Assembly: GCF_009914755.1 (NCBI RefSeq) | Contig: NC_060945.1 | Origin: the human T2T-CHM13v2.0 reference genome, Homo sapiens | DNA: 64,000 nucleotides | Strand: one strand, 5' to 3' | Shown: positions 62,413-64,000 of the stretch, in pieces | Layout of the letters: each line of letters opens with the position of its first letter | How positions within the stretch are numbered: position 1 is the first letter of the stretch | The notes under the pieces: generated by a model | Told to the model about the DNA's origin: nothing | The model's database searches: none | Seen by the model: the letters and a program-made list of their open reading frames with translations, nothing else | Translations under genes and position numbers: made by a program

Positions 62413-64000
62413 AGTGCTGTGGTTTTAACTTGGTATCTACTTCATCGATTATTTGAGTTTTAAACTAAATTCCAGAATACAAATGTCTTAATAAGGCAAA
62501 AATATACAAATGATTTTACCTTCCAAATGACTGGGCTTTAAACAGTACTTATACCTCTTGGTTCTTTTATTTTTAAACAAAGATTGTATTGGGAAGTATT
62601 TTCTCTTAAAATTCTAATTCAAAATACTTGTGTATTTGAAAATATTAAGGAACAAAACTCATCTTTGTGTATGTGTGTACACAAAGACTTCTAATTAACA
62701 AGGGCAGTTTAAAAATACCCAAGTCTCTGGGTGAAAAAGCAACACTGGGCATTTGCCTTACAAAAAGCAGCTTTTAGCAAAATCATTAATTACCCTCCTA
62801 AAACAATCCAATGTCAGCTCTAGAGCACTTATTTTGAAAAATATTTCTTAGAAGTATCACTGTTCTAAAACTATGATGTGTACATATACATAAGTCATAG
62901 CTACTTGTAATATTCAGAAGTATCTTTCCTGGGACAACAAGGCCTAATTTTAAAATACTGCTTTATAAAAAAATCAAATATTCTTTCACAAATATCACAG
63001 AGGTGATTCAAGCAATAATAAAGTCTATTTTAAAATGTAAATTAAAAGCATCAAATTTTTACATTTGCTAATGACTGTTCTGTTTATATGCAGTCCATGA
63101 CTACAGTATGTATTTGAAAATTAAATAAGGCTATGAGGTTTACAAAATTTTATTTTAAAAGCCATATCAAATCTTAAAGTAAGAAAGTAATCTAGTAATT
63201 CCTTTAACAATAAACTAGAACGATAGACTACTCCCTGGAAATACATTCTGAAATATTTGCTACAATATCTTACCTTTAACTGCAATTTCTCCTTTATACA
63301 TGACTAACCATATTACCTTGATGAAAACTATGGTTTAAGCATAAGGATAATGGCATCCTAAAATAAAATGTTGTGACATTTGTTTGATGTTTTTAATATT
63401 GTATTTATTAAAATAACTATTTTGACAGTAAACATAAGATTTCTGGATCAAAGAAAGATTATTTACTTGCATAATATCTTAATGACAGTCCTCATGCCCC
63501 AATATCTCAATAACATAATGAGATTCAGATGTCACATACATATCCTATATGGGGGTTTGCATCACAGGAAACTCTGAAATTACAAATCTCACATTTTATG
63601 TAGGGCAGGCTGTACAACTCCCATTTTGTCCTCAGAAAAAGGAAAAAGACCTTATCTTCCTAAAATAAATCCTTACTATGGATCAGAGGGGGAAATCTTT
63701 AAGTTCATTACTATTTGAAATGTAAACATGTGGCCCCAGGGAAGGAAAAACTGTAAACCTCTACTAAGAAATACGCAGTCTCTTAACTTTGAACTCACTA
63801 ACTCATCCTTTAACCTTAGTTGCCAGGGATTTTTTTTTACTCAAATTCCAGAAGGTGAAAAAAATAAAAAATTCATGTGGCATTGCTTCTTGACACTGAT
63901 ATTATGATTGAAAGAGTAACATGGCCTTAAATTACCCAAGCAACACAAACAACTACAAAAATAGACAAAATATAGAAAGCATCCATTTTTGACATTGTAG

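Noticed and set aside
63575-63860. Possible LTR-like segment near the window end
   Set aside because: No termini, TSD or family could be supported by eye.

Overview
AT-rich, CpG-poor human genomic DNA; human origin is indicated by two human-specific retroelements (an L1HS Ta-1 and an AluYb8). I see no credible protein-coding gene, RNA gene or CpG island, and the ORF track is explained by Alu, L1, LTR, low-complexity or chance ORFs. The window looks intergenic or deep intronic and is dominated by transposable elements: a decayed two-LTR ERV1 provirus (MER101-like, minus strand, ~2.9-8.6 kb) with a nested LTR9B and three Alus, five THE1 solo LTRs, several MLT1/LTR16/LTR33/LTR37/MER31/MER67-like LTRs, old L1M and L2 fragments, two L1PA 3' ends and about 20 Alus. 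I found no new gene system. The notable signals are mutational footprints: a twin-primed L1HS Ta-1, a 167-bp locally templated insertion with a 13-bp flanking duplication, a 57-bp micro-inversion in an MLT1A LTR, a closely spaced head-to-head Alu pair, and a palindromic AT-rich minisatellite. Subfamily names come from recalled consensus sequences, not a database search.
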